Position numbers and translations under genes: made by a program. The notes under the pieces were generated by a model that saw nothing but the letters and a program-made list of their open reading frames with translations, made no database searches and was not told where the DNA came from. Below, one piece after another: positions 1-8,945 of a stretch of DNA of 64,000 nucleotides. Location of the stretch: the NCBI GenBank assembly GCA_017551905.1, contig JAFZKK010000161.1, forward strand, positions 127 through 64,126. Direction: 5' to 3'. The stretch's first letter is position 1; each line of letters begins with the position of its first letter. The DNA is from Salinivirgaceae bacterium. Its GTDB lineage: Bacteria > Bacteroidota > Bacteroidia > Bacteroidales > SZUA-534.

Positions 1-187
1 TATAGTCATCGTCAGAGTTATCGTTATCGTCAGTGTCAGTGTTAGTGTTAGTGTTATCGTTTTCGTTTAAAATTTCTCGTCAAAAATTCTTCCCGATTAA
101 AAAAAATGTGCATATTTATTTTTTGGTTCAGTCGGGTGCCGTGCATCGGAAAAAGGCGGCTCCGGCTTCGGGTTTCAAAAAGAAAAA

Positions 188-2914
188 ATGATAGATATGA
201 AAATCAGAATCCGCCTCAGTATCAGAGTGCTATGCTTGGTTTTAGGAACAGTTTTCGCCGTAATCCTGTTTGCTTCGGGGTTTGCCACACGGCAGTTCAG
301 AAATTCGATTGTCGAGTCAATGGAAAAGAAGGACGCCGCAGTTATCAGCGACGTATCGACAATAATCAGCAATTTGTCGGCCAACCAATATCAGTCGCTG
401 CTCACTTTGCGGTCGATAGTTGAGTCGGTCGACGACACCGATTTCTACGGCAACGAGGAGTTCTACAAGAAAACCATCAAGAAAACCTGCGAGGACAATC
501 AGGAGCTGTCGTTTGTCTGGCTCAGCTTCGACAGCCAGTATATCGACGCCTCAGGCGAGGAGGGGCGCACCACACTTAAAGCCGAGAACACATCGTACGG
601 AGCCGAGGTCACCTCAAAAACCATAGCTCAGGTTTACGACGATATGGAGGACCCCTATTTTATTTGCAAAGACGCCGCGGCGCCAATCATAGCCGAACCC
701 GACTACTATCTCTACGACGGCTCAACAGCCAAACGCACCATGCGCATTCCAATGGCAATGCCGATGACCAAACACGGCGGTTTTGCCGGTGTGGTTGGTA
801 TGGACATCAACGCCAACTCACTGCAGGCGATAATCGACTCGATAGGCAAAGAGAAAAATCAGCATGTTTTCATCTTGTCGCCTAAAGGACACATAATGGC
901 CGCCAACCCCGATAAGAACTTCAACAGCCAGCTTTACAACGAGATAGACACCTTGATTGGCGGCTTCTTGGACGAGGCTGTGGAAGAAGTTGTGAACCGC
1001 ACGCTGATAAACCGCAGCACCGGTGACACTTATTGCAACATTCAGGCCATATCGCCCGAAAACCTTAACGCACAATGGAAAATTTTGGTTGTAACCGACG
1101 ACAACATCGACGAACAAATGGCCGAATCGCTCAATGTGGTGACACGCGCCATTCTTATCGGTCTGCTGCTGCTGGCGCTCATCATCGGCATCCTGACTCA
1201 GGGCATCGTAAACCCGATAAAGAAGGTGAACGAGGTTATCAACCGTCTGGCGCAGGGCAAGGTGGATGAGACGCTTGAAATGCGCGTCGAAAGCAACAAC
1301 GAGCTGGGGCAGATGACCGACTCATCGAACAAGGTGGTCGAAGGTCTGCTGCAGGTTACCAAATTCGCCGAGAACATAGGCAACGGCAACTCCGACTACA
1401 AATTCAGTCCGCTGAGCGACCGTGATGTTTTGGGCAACGCCATTATCGAGATGAAATCGAGCCTCGACGAGGCCAAAGAGGAAGAAAACCAGCGCCACGC
1501 CGAGGAGGAGCAACTGAACTGGGCGTCGTCGGGTATCAACTTGTTTAACAAGGTTTTGCGCATCGATAACAAAGACATGCGGACAATAAGCGCCGATATA
1601 ATAAAGACACTGACACTTTACCTTAACGCGCAGATGGGCGCTCTCTACATTGTGCCCGAGGACCGCGAGGGGCTTGAGCTGGTGTCGCATCTGGGATTCG
1701 GCAAAGACAAGGCCGAAAAAACGTTCTTCAGTCCCAGCGACGGTCTTATGGGGCGCATCTATCACGAGCGCGAGACAATTTTCATAAGCGAGATACCCGA
1801 CGACATGGAGCGCATAGGCTCCGGACTTGGTCGCTCGTTGCCAAAATCGGCTTTGATAGTGCCGCTCATCTACAACAGCAAGCTGGTGGGCGCCATCGAG
1901 CTTTACTCGCTTAAGGTTTTTGAGCAATATCAGATAGCCTTTGTCGAGAAGCTGTCGGAGAACATTGCATCGACATTATCGACAGTGAAGATAAACGCGC
2001 AGACGACGCAGTTGCTCAGCAAAGCCAAACAGCAAGCCGAAGTGCTTGAACAGCAAGAGGAGGAGATACGCCAGAACATGGAGGAGATGCAAGCCACACA
2101 GGAGGAGACGACACATAAGGAGGAAGGCCTGTTGGCGGTTATCGACTCACTCAACAACATTGCCCCGATAGTCCACTTCGACCTTCAGCAGCGCGTTACC
2201 GACGCCAACGAGGAGTTCCTTAACTTTGTGCAGACACGCCGCAACAAGGTTGTGGGCAAGCGCCATAAGGCCGATGTCGAGATGACCGAAGTTGAGGCCA
2301 AAGCGCACGAGCACTTCTGGGACGAGATTCTGGCCGGCAACATTATGGAGGAAGACGAGCAGTTTGGCGAGGGAAAAGACGCCGTTTGGCTCCGCATGCA
2401 TTTTATTCCAATCTGCGACGACACAAAGCAGCTTGTGGAGGTTATAGCTGTGGGATTCGACATAACAACACAGAAGAAATACGAGGAGCAGATTGATATG
2501 GTGGCCGAGGGTCATATACCCGAGGAGCTGAAAGGCATGCTCAAGACATCGGTTAACAAGAAGCGCCGCCTTATCGACCTTACAAACATGAACGCCGCCT
2601 ACAAAAACGACGAGAAGAAGATTGACAACATACTGCGCCGTTACTACGAGCAGATTCCCGCACAGTTTGCCGACATCGAAAAAACCATCGAGAGCAACAA
2701 CTACAAAGTGCTGAAGATGGAGGTGAAAGCCCTGCGGACAAAAATCAACTACTTGGGAGTGAAGCCGATAACCGACATGCTCGACACCATTATAAACTCA
2801 ATAACGAAAAACTCGGGCACCGAGCGCATTCCGCAGGTGTTTGCCGACGCAAAGAGCAAATGGGAAGAGGCCTACAATGAGCTTACAGAGCTTATCGGTC
2901 TGATTGATGAGTAA
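188..2914 (+). CDS. Membrane sensory protein: Cache-like periplasmic domain / HAMP / GAF / coiled coil / PAS-like region / degenerate HPt-like tail; no recognisable catalytic output domain
   Basis: 908-aa ORF. Two hydrophobic helices (VLCLVLGTVFAVILFASGF; AILIGLLLLALIIGILTQGI) flank a Cache-like segment (AEPDYYLYDGSTAKRTMRIPMAMP..FAGVVGMDINANSL). HAMP-like NPIKKVNEVINRLAQGKVDE. GAF-like LNAQMGALYIV..KLVGAIELYS. Clear paralogy with the next ORF. Confidence 0.7.
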   Translation: MIDMKIRIRLSIRVLCLVLGTVFAVILFASGFATRQFRNSIVESMEKKDAAVISDVSTIISNLSANQYQSLLTLRSIVESVDDTDFYGNEEFYKKTIKKTCEDNQELSFVWLSFDSQYIDASGEEGRTTLKAENTSYGAEVTSKTIAQVYDDMEDPYFICKDAAAPIIAEPDYYLYDGSTAKRTMRIPMAMPMTKHGGFAGVVGMDINANSLQAIIDSIGKEKNQHVFILSPKGHIMAANPDKNFNSQLYNEIDTLIGGFLDEAVEEVVNRTLINRSTGDTYCNIQAISPENLNAQWKILVVTDDNIDEQMAESLNVVTRAILIGLLLLALIIGILTQGIVNPIKKVNEVINRLAQGKVDETLEMRVESNNELGQMTDSSNKVVEGLLQVTKFAENIGNGNSDYKFSPLSDRDVLGNAIIEMKSSLDEAKEEENQRHAEEEQLNWASSGINLFNKVLRIDNKDMRTISADIIKTLTLYLNAQMGALYIVPEDREGLELVSHLGFGKDKAEKTFFSPSDGLMGRIYHERETIFISEIPDDMERIGSGLGRSLPKSALIVPLIYNSKLVGAIELYSLKVFEQYQIAFVEKLSENIASTLSTVKINAQTTQLLSKAKQQAEVLEQQEEEIRQNMEEMQATQEETTHKEEGLLAVIDSLNNIAPIVHFDLQQRVTDANEEFLNFVQTRRNKVVGKRHKADVEMTEVEAKAHEHFWDEILAGNIMEEDEQFGEGKDAVWLRMHFIPICDDTKQLVEVIAVGFDITTQKKYEEQIDMVAEGHIPEELKGMLKTSVNKKRRLIDLTNMNAAYKNDEKKIDNILRRYYEQIPAQFADIEKTIESNNYKVLKMEVKALRTKINYLGVKPITDMLDTIINSITKNSGTERIPQVFADAKSKWEEAYNELTELIGLIDE

Positions 2915-2946
2915 AAACGTTTTTCTGGAAACTAAATAGAAAAGAG

Positions 2947-5307
2947 ATGATTTTTAAAAAGACTATCCACCGGAAAATGGTGCTCAACCTGTTGGGCACA
3001 TCGCTTATAATGTATATAGCCGCAATGGGTTATATCATCTACGAAGTGGCGGAAAATCTAAAAGCCGACTCGTACACCGAAATGAAACAGGAATCGAACG
3101 ACATAACCAGCCGCATTGAGGGACTTGTTGCGAGCCGCACAAAGATAGTGGAGACACTGGCCGCCACCATGGCTAACTACAGCGACATCGACGAGCAGGA
3201 ACGCCGCCCGTTCTTCAGCGACCTTCTGCACCAGACAATACTTGAAAATCCCGACCTGTGCGCAGTATGGTCCATTTGGGAGCCTAACAGCATCGACAAT
3301 CTCGACGAGAATTTCATCAACAAGGTGAACTCCAACTCCCTTGGCACCTTCTCGCCTTCCTACTATCGGATTGACGACGAGATAAAATCGGAAGAGACAA
3401 CCGACACTCAATATGAGGAGGATTTTTACGCCTTGCCGCGCGACACCAGAAAGACAAAAATGGTGGAGCCTTACTTCTATTCTTATAACGGCAAGGACTC
3501 TATTATGATGACATCAATAGTGGCTCCGATAATTGTCTGGGACGAGTTTATGGGCGTTGTGGGCATCGACCTTTCGATACACGATTTAAAGAAACAGCTT
3601 GTGCTGAATCCTGACGGCAAAGACGAAAAGAATTACCTGATTTCAGAAGCCGGAAATTATCTCTACAGCCGCGACTCGAAACTGACAGGCCAGCAACAGA
3701 CTATTATCGCCGACATCGACAGCATTGCCCGCGACACACTTTACACTGGTGATATCAACGGCGAAAAATCGATTATTGTTTGCAACAAGGCTTGTTTCGA
3801 CAACGCGCAAAGCTATTGGCATGTGGTTACCGTATCGTCGTGGAAGAGCAGCTTCAAACAACGGAGCAGCAGCCTTCTGCGTTTGCTTATCATAACCATT
3901 ATCGGTCTCATCATCATCTCAATAGTTATCTCGATAGTGGCCCGGACAATATCGGGAACCATTGTCGGCATCAACAACAAGCTGGCCGACCTTTCGCTGG
4001 GTGTCATCAGCGACGAGAAGATGCATAAGACGCGCATCAAGAGCGAGATAACCGACCTAACGGAGTCGATTGAGGTGCTGAGCGACGGCTTGAAAGCATC
4101 GGTGAACTTCGCCGGCGAGATAGGCAAGGGCAACTACGACGCCCAATACCGGCTGCTCAGCGACGAGGACACTCTGGGCGAGTCGCTTATCGCCATGCAG
4201 AAAAGCCTTGTGAAAGCCAAAGAGGAGGAAGACCAGAAGAAAGAGGTCGACGCGCAGCGTAACTGGGTTACACACGGTCTGGCCGAATTTGGCGAGATTA
4301 TCCGCCAGGAGAACGAAAACGCCGACAACTTCGCCTACAACGTGCTCAATGAGTTGCTGAAATATATGGATATTGTGCAGGGCGCCGTTTATTTCAAGAT
4401 AGAAGATGAGTACGACTCGGAACTGAAGTTCGAGAGCAAGGCCGCCATAGCCTACGGCAAGCAGATAATGCTCGACACCGTTGTTACGGATAAAGACGGT
4501 CTGTTTGGCCGCGTAATCGACGAGATGCGCCTTATCTATCTCGAAGATGTGCCCGACAGCTACGTGACCTTCACACAGGGAAAACGCGAGGAGCAGAAAC
4601 CACGCAACCTGCTGCTTGCCCCGATGATAGTAAACGATGAGATTTACGGTATAATGGAGCTGATATCGTACAACCACATCGAAAAATATAAGATTGACTT
4701 TGTGGAGCACCTTTGCGAGAATATGGCGTCGGCTGTTTCCAATGTGAGCATCAACGCGCACAACGCCAAGCTGCTTGAGCAATCGAACGAACAAACCGAA
4801 GTGCTGTCTCAGCACGAAGAAGAGATGCGCCAGAACCTTGAGGAGATGCAGGCTACACAGGAGGAGGCTACAAAACGCCAAGACCAATTGAACGCGCAAA
4901 TCAGCGCCTACTATAAAGGCCTTATGGTTGCCGAAATCGATTTGAGCGGAAAAATAATGAGCATGTCTAAACGACTGATGTTCTTCTACAATGTCGGCGA
5001 CAACTTTGTTGGTGTTCCGTATGTATCGCTTGTCACGCAAGACGAAGCGGCGCGCGAGCAGTTCATCAACGAGTTCTGGCCAGCGCTGCTGAATACAGGC
5101 AAAGCACGGCGCAAAAACAAATCGCTGATTCGCGGAAAGCAGCTGCGCACCACCGAATACTACAAGGTTGTCTATCTTAACGAGCAACCCGACCATGTGA
5201 TTGTTGTCTCGGAGAACCGCAGCCGCGAGCATGAGCTCAAAGACCGTCTGATGCTTGAGATACAGTCGTATATGAAAGAGCACGGCATTGATGCCGGAAA
5301 CGCATAA
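2947..5307 (+). CDS. Paralogous Cache-like / HAMP / GAF / PAS-like membrane sensory protein
   Basis: 786-aa ORF with the same layout as the upstream gene. TM LLGTSLIMYIAAMGYIIY; Cache-like MVEPYFYSYNGKDSIMMTSIVAPI..FMGVVGIDLSIHDL; second TM LLIITIIGLIIISIVISIV; GAF-like MDIVQGAVYFKI..IYGIMELIS. Shares the coiled-coil motif EEEMRQNLEEMQATQEE (upstream gene: EEEIRQNMEEMQATQEE). Confidence 0.7.
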   Translation: MIFKKTIHRKMVLNLLGTSLIMYIAAMGYIIYEVAENLKADSYTEMKQESNDITSRIEGLVASRTKIVETLAATMANYSDIDEQERRPFFSDLLHQTILENPDLCAVWSIWEPNSIDNLDENFINKVNSNSLGTFSPSYYRIDDEIKSEETTDTQYEEDFYALPRDTRKTKMVEPYFYSYNGKDSIMMTSIVAPIIVWDEFMGVVGIDLSIHDLKKQLVLNPDGKDEKNYLISEAGNYLYSRDSKLTGQQQTIIADIDSIARDTLYTGDINGEKSIIVCNKACFDNAQSYWHVVTVSSWKSSFKQRSSSLLRLLIITIIGLIIISIVISIVARTISGTIVGINNKLADLSLGVISDEKMHKTRIKSEITDLTESIEVLSDGLKASVNFAGEIGKGNYDAQYRLLSDEDTLGESLIAMQKSLVKAKEEEDQKKEVDAQRNWVTHGLAEFGEIIRQENENADNFAYNVLNELLKYMDIVQGAVYFKIEDEYDSELKFESKAAIAYGKQIMLDTVVTDKDGLFGRVIDEMRLIYLEDVPDSYVTFTQGKREEQKPRNLLLAPMIVNDEIYGIMELISYNHIEKYKIDFVEHLCENMASAVSNVSINAHNAKLLEQSNEQTEVLSQHEEEMRQNLEEMQATQEEATKRQDQLNAQISAYYKGLMVAEIDLSGKIMSMSKRLMFFYNVGDNFVGVPYVSLVTQDEAAREQFINEFWPALLNTGKARRKNKSLIRGKQLRTTEYYKVVYLNEQPDHVIVVSENRSREHELKDRLMLEIQSYMKEHGIDAGNA

Positions 5308-5319
5308 GCCGCGCTGTTC

Positions 5320-6096
5320 ATGAATTTTCATGCCGCCGATTTCCCGTATTACACCTTTGGCAGTTTAGATAGGTGTGGCGGTGTGCGCCATTTTGTGACC
5401 TCGTGCCGTCAAGGTGCGCTGGGTGATGTCAATCTGCGCAGTACGTACGGAGCGGAAAACCGTTGCCGCTTAGCCGCCTCGGTTGGCTTCGACATCAGCC
5501 GCCTGACAACAGCCGAACAGACACACAGCCTAAATATTGCCGTTGTAAACGAAAAAAATGCCGGACGTGGCGCTCTTACGATAGAAAGCCGTATTCCGGA
5601 AACCGACGCACTTATAACCAATCAGCCGGGTGTTTGCATTATGGTGCTGACAGCCGATTGCCAATCGGTTTTGATATACGACGCGGAAAATCAAGCGGTG
5701 GCGGCTATTCACGCTGGCTGGCGCGGCACGGCGGGCGGTATTGTTCGCCTGACGGTTGAGGCTATGCAGCGCGAGTTCGCCTCTATGCCAAGTCGTCTTG
5801 TTGCGGCGCTGGGTCCGTGTATAGGTAGTTGCTGTTTTGAGGTGGGCGAAGATGTTGCCGAACAGTTCTTCCAATGGCCTAATTGTGTTTTACGCAAAGC
5901 GGAATGGGCGCGTCCGCATATCAATCTGTCGGAAGTAAACCGTCATCATCTTATTTCAGCAGGATTACAGCCGGGAAATATTGAATCGGCGCAAGTCTGC
6001 ACCAAATGCCAACACGATGAGTTTTTCTCATATCGGCACAACCACACATTAGGACGGATTGGGACGGGGGTGATGGTGGAGGAAGATTATACTTAA
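5320..6096 (+). CDS. pgeF: YfiH/PgeF family (DUF152) purine nucleoside phosphorylase / peptidoglycan editing factor-type protein
   Basis: 258-aa ORF with the family hallmarks TADCQSVLIYD, AIHAGWRGT, LGPCIGSCCFEVG and CTKC..DEFFSYRH near the C-terminus. Confidence 0.8.
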   Translation: MNFHAADFPYYTFGSLDRCGGVRHFVTSCRQGALGDVNLRSTYGAENRCRLAASVGFDISRLTTAEQTHSLNIAVVNEKNAGRGALTIESRIPETDALITNQPGVCIMVLTADCQSVLIYDAENQAVAAIHAGWRGTAGGIVRLTVEAMQREFASMPSRLVAALGPCIGSCCFEVGEDVAEQFFQWPNCVLRKAEWARPHINLSEVNRHHLISAGLQPGNIESAQVCTKCQHDEFFSYRHNHTLGRIGTGVMVEEDYT

Positions 6097-6237
6097 TTTT
6101 CCGTTTATAGATTCTACTGAAAACTTTTTACAAAATCGGCAAAAGTTGGAGAGGTTTTATTTTCCAATATCTCAGCATATTCTGCCAGAATTTCGGTGGA
6201 AACAGAGTGTTAGTGTCAAGAACGAGTTTCATGGTTC

Positions 6238-6453
6238 TTAACTCTTGGCATGTAGGTCTTCATGGCGCAACGCATCAAGGTGTTCTTGGTTTAGAACACC
6301 CTCATCCCATAGTTTGTCGGCCTCAGTATCAAGGCGAGATTGAAAGTGTTGTGTTAGTACAATTTGAACCTCGCGGGCGTACGCCTCACTGTTGTTAAAC
6401 GAGAATATTTTGAGTAGATGCTGTTGAGTTGGTGTTAAAGTTGTCGCTTCCAT
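6238..6453 (-). CDS. Small hypothetical protein (possibly antitoxin/addiction-module-component-like)
   Basis: 71-aa ORF, acidic and predicted helical. The ..ADKLWDEGVLNQEHLDAL.. stretch resembles small addiction-module components. No partner gene is adjacent. Confidence 0.35.
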   Translation of the reverse strand: MEATTLTPTQQHLLKIFSFNNSEAYAREVQIVLTQHFQSRLDTEADKLWDEGVLNQEHLDALRHEDLHAKS

Positions 6454-6523
6454 AATTGTGTGTTTTTCTTATCGCTAAGGTACAATAATTATAGCTCAGT
6501 TGTCTGTTTTTATTATTTAACCA

Positions 6524-6553
6524 CAAAAAAAGAGCCGCTCAACTGAGCGGCTC
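6524..6553 (-). terminator. Rho-independent terminator downstream of the 6578..7417 gene
   Basis: Perfect 9-bp stem gagccgctc/gagcggctc (6532..6553) with loop aact, followed on the minus strand by a run of 8 T (6524..6531). Confidence 0.7.
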
Positions 6554-6577
6554 TCGTTCTTTATTGACAATTATCAA

Positions 6578-7417
6578 TTAATTGAAAGCAGCTGAAGTGT
6601 CAATCTTCAAAGTGCCTTTCGAGTTGATAACGATACCGCTGATTTCATAAGTTACATCATCAACTTTTGTAAGTTTATAAGTAGCGATGCAATCAGTTGT
6701 TGTGATGATAGCGTTCTCAAAGATTTTAGCGTCAGCCAAGATAGCCTTGTTGGCGTCGCATTGCTCTTGGCTTCTAACACCATCTTTAGGAGTGTTAGCA
6801 ATGGTCAAAAGTTTAGCAGTCTCAAGTGATACATTGTCACCCTCGCCCTTCAAAGCAACTTCGATTTTGCTTGCAACAGCCTCGTCACTGATGTTACCGT
6901 TTGAAGAATCATAAAAGTCTTTCAACATGTAAGCGCTTTGGTTGTACAAAGAGAATTGTGAACCAAGTTTATCGTTAGCACCTGTACCAATGTTGAAATG
7001 ATACTCAGCACCAATAGCCTCTTCGAAAGCACCAGCTTTTTTGGTCTTAATTCTAAGAGTATAGATGGCTACAGGCAGTTTGCCAGTAGATTTGATGTCA
7101 AGAACGAAAGATTTGTCTTTAACGGCCTTGCCATTCTCATCCAAAGTTTTGTTTTTCTCTTTAACTTGCTCGTTCTGCTCAAGGAAATCGTAAGCTACAG
7201 AGCCATCGGCATTGTACAAAGCAAATTCTTTGATTTTGGTATTGGTTGCAATCTGACCAGCGATTTCGATAGTACCGTCAGCGTTGGCAACTGCTGTCAA
7301 TTCACCAAACTTGAATTGCTCTTCTACAGAACCTTCTTCTACTTCACCGCAAGAGGTGAAAAGTGCTGTCGAACACATAGCAACCATCATGGTTGCGAAC
7401 ATGAATCTTTTTTTCAT
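6578..7417 (-). CDS. Hypothetical lipoprotein
   Basis: 279-aa ORF with an N-terminal signal peptide and lipobox (MKKRFMFATMMVAMCSTALFTSC|GEV). A terminator lies immediately downstream. Confidence 0.6.
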   Translation of the reverse strand: MKKRFMFATMMVAMCSTALFTSCGEVEEGSVEEQFKFGELTAVANADGTIEIAGQIATNTKIKEFALYNADGSVAYDFLEQNEQVKEKNKTLDENGKAVKDKSFVLDIKSTGKLPVAIYTLRIKTKKAGAFEEAIGAEYHFNIGTGANDKLGSQFSLYNQSAYMLKDFYDSSNGNISDEAVASKIEVALKGEGDNVSLETAKLLTIANTPKDGVRSQEQCDANKAILADAKIFENAIITTTDCIATYKLTKVDDVTYEISGIVINSKGTLKIDTSAAFN

Positions 7418-7580
7418 CTTTTTAAATTTTTTAATTAAACAATAAATTAAACAAAAGTTTGTTCTTAAAGCCGCAAATATACAAATGTTTTTGTTCGTAG
7501 TATTCGTTTTTTGCCGCTTTAATCACCGTTTGTCAAAAGTTTTTGTCTGTTGCTCACATTTGCCACATTAAAAAAGTCGC

Positions 7581-7613
7581 AAAAAAAGTAGAGCCGCATC
7601 ACAATGCGGCTCT
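7581..7613 (-). terminator. Rho-independent terminator downstream of the 7645..8148 gene
   Basis: 10-bp stem agagccgcat/atgcggctct (7590..7613) with loop caca, followed on the minus strand by a T-run. Confidence 0.65.
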
Positions 7614-7644
7614 GCAAGTGTTTCTGAAGAAAACTATGCTGGAG

Positions 7645-8148
7645 TTATTTAACCAAGCCGTTTTTCTTCATCAAATCTTTAAGGTCGTTGTACGACACAT
7701 CCAAGCCAATGGCAACCTTAAATGTCTTTGTGGTAGCTTTTGAAACCGATTTAGAATTAGCCAGTTTGCTAACTTTCACGTATTTCAGATAATCACCACC
7801 AGGCTTAAAGAAGTTTGCCAAAAAATCAGAATTGTCAGCGCTTGCATCCTCGATGATAGCAGGAGCTGCTTCTGCTCCATTGGCTCCCGATGGGAATCCG
7901 CAGAACAAAGCGCAAGCAACGGCTTTCATCTTTGCATCCTCAATGGCAGCTTCTTCAGTTTCGCCACGGCCGTCCAAACGAACGATATTGATGCCAGCGT
8001 CACCTTTGGCCAACGACTCGGCGTTGTATTCGGTTGTGCTGTTATACTTAAACTTGGCTTTCTTTTCTTTTGCATTAACCGACGATGCACCACCGGCAAT
8101 CAGCATGGCTGCCAGAGCCATCATTAAGATTTTGATTGATTTTCTCAT
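7645..8148 (-). CDS. Hypothetical secreted protein
   Basis: 167-aa ORF with a cleavable-looking signal peptide (MRKSIKILMMALAAMLIAGGASSVNA|KEKK). Same strand as, and 26 nt downstream of, the neighbouring lipoprotein gene. Confidence 0.55.
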   Translation of the reverse strand: MRKSIKILMMALAAMLIAGGASSVNAKEKKAKFKYNSTTEYNAESLAKGDAGINIVRLDGRGETEEAAIEDAKMKAVACALFCGFPSGANGAEAAPAIIEDASADNSDFLANFFKPGGDYLKYVKVSKLANSKSVSKATTKTFKVAIGLDVSYNDLKDLMKKNGLVK

Positions 8149-8174
8149 AGTAAATAGTTTTTAATGGTTATAAA

Positions 8175-8780
8175 TTATTTGCCCGGGCAAGAGAATTTGC
8201 CGTCGGTAACTTCAAGTTTTTCACCATTGGCGTTCTCAAGAGTGGCAGTGAATGTGCCTTTGTAATACTTAATTGTACCAACGCTTGTAATCTTGTTGAC
8301 TACTACATTGGCTTTTGTAGCAACATAGAAGTCTTTGCTGTTGGCGTCTTGAATGCCTTCAGATTTCTTATAGACCATCATTGTTTTAGCTTCGGCTTTG
8401 ATAGCGTCTTTTGCTGTATCCTCAATATCGCCAGTTGTCAGGTAGTTGATAAGGAGTGTTGTCGGGTTGAGCGATACGGCAAGGCTCAAGTCATAGGTTG
8501 CTTCGGTGTTGCCATTCAAAACGATAGAGAGAACCTGTCCGTTGGTGTTGGCACCGTAGATGCTCGTTATTTTGTCACCATTGCCGGCCAGCAAATCAGC
8601 CAATTTGGCGTTGTTGTTGTCCTGCTTTGCAACTGCGGTTGCGCTGAAGCTTTCACCGTTAATTGTAGCCGAAATAGAAGCCAACTCTTTTACTTCGTCT
8701 TTTTTGCACGATGTAAATAATGTGGCTACTGCCAACGACAGAGCCGCAAATCCCATTAATCCAAAAGTCAATTTTTTCAT
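8175..8780 (-). CDS. Hypothetical lipoprotein
   Basis: 201-aa ORF with signal peptide and lipobox (MKKLTFGLMGFAALSLAVATLFTSC|KKDE). Confidence 0.6.
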   Translation of the reverse strand: MKKLTFGLMGFAALSLAVATLFTSCKKDEVKELASISATINGESFSATAVAKQDNNNAKLADLLAGNGDKITSIYGANTNGQVLSIVLNGNTEATYDLSLAVSLNPTTLLINYLTTGDIEDTAKDAIKAEAKTMMVYKKSEGIQDANSKDFYVATKANVVVNKITSVGTIKYYKGTFTATLENANGEKLEVTDGKFSCPGK

Positions 8781-8945
8781 GTCTTTAAAATTTTAAACGT
8801 TTTAAAAAAATAAATCACTGAATGCGAAGGTAACAACATTTTTTCATTTGCAAATAAAAAATATTGGCAAGCGTCAGTCATTATCATTGTCTGCATTAGT
8901 GTTTTGCGTTTTCGTTCCTATATTTGCACCCATAAAAATTTGCAA

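Noticed and set aside
1-70. Hexamer-periodic tract (tatcgt/cagtgt/tagtgt..) at the window edge that is open in one plus frame (IVIVRVIVIVSVSV..*) and one minus frame (..ENDNTNTNTDTDDNDNSDDDY)
   Set aside because: From 70 nt I cannot tell whether it is the low-complexity end of a gene outside the window or another short-period intergenic repeat. The minus frame has a stop just upstream and no start codon. Not called as a CDS.
4057-5331. Long antisense ORF (424 aa), and similar ones at 8874-10097, 17829-18767, 21549-22511, 24337-25575, 28933-30945, 32363-33373, 33995-34936, 34967-35920 and 37513-38373
   Set aside because: Each lies entirely opposite a gene with strong motif support (sensor, lepA, DUF4837, sufD, blaR1-like, OmpA-family, transporter, M16 peptidase, RR/HK). 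Their translations are Arg/His/Val/Gln-rich and low in complexity with no recognisable motifs. These are typical shadow ORFs.
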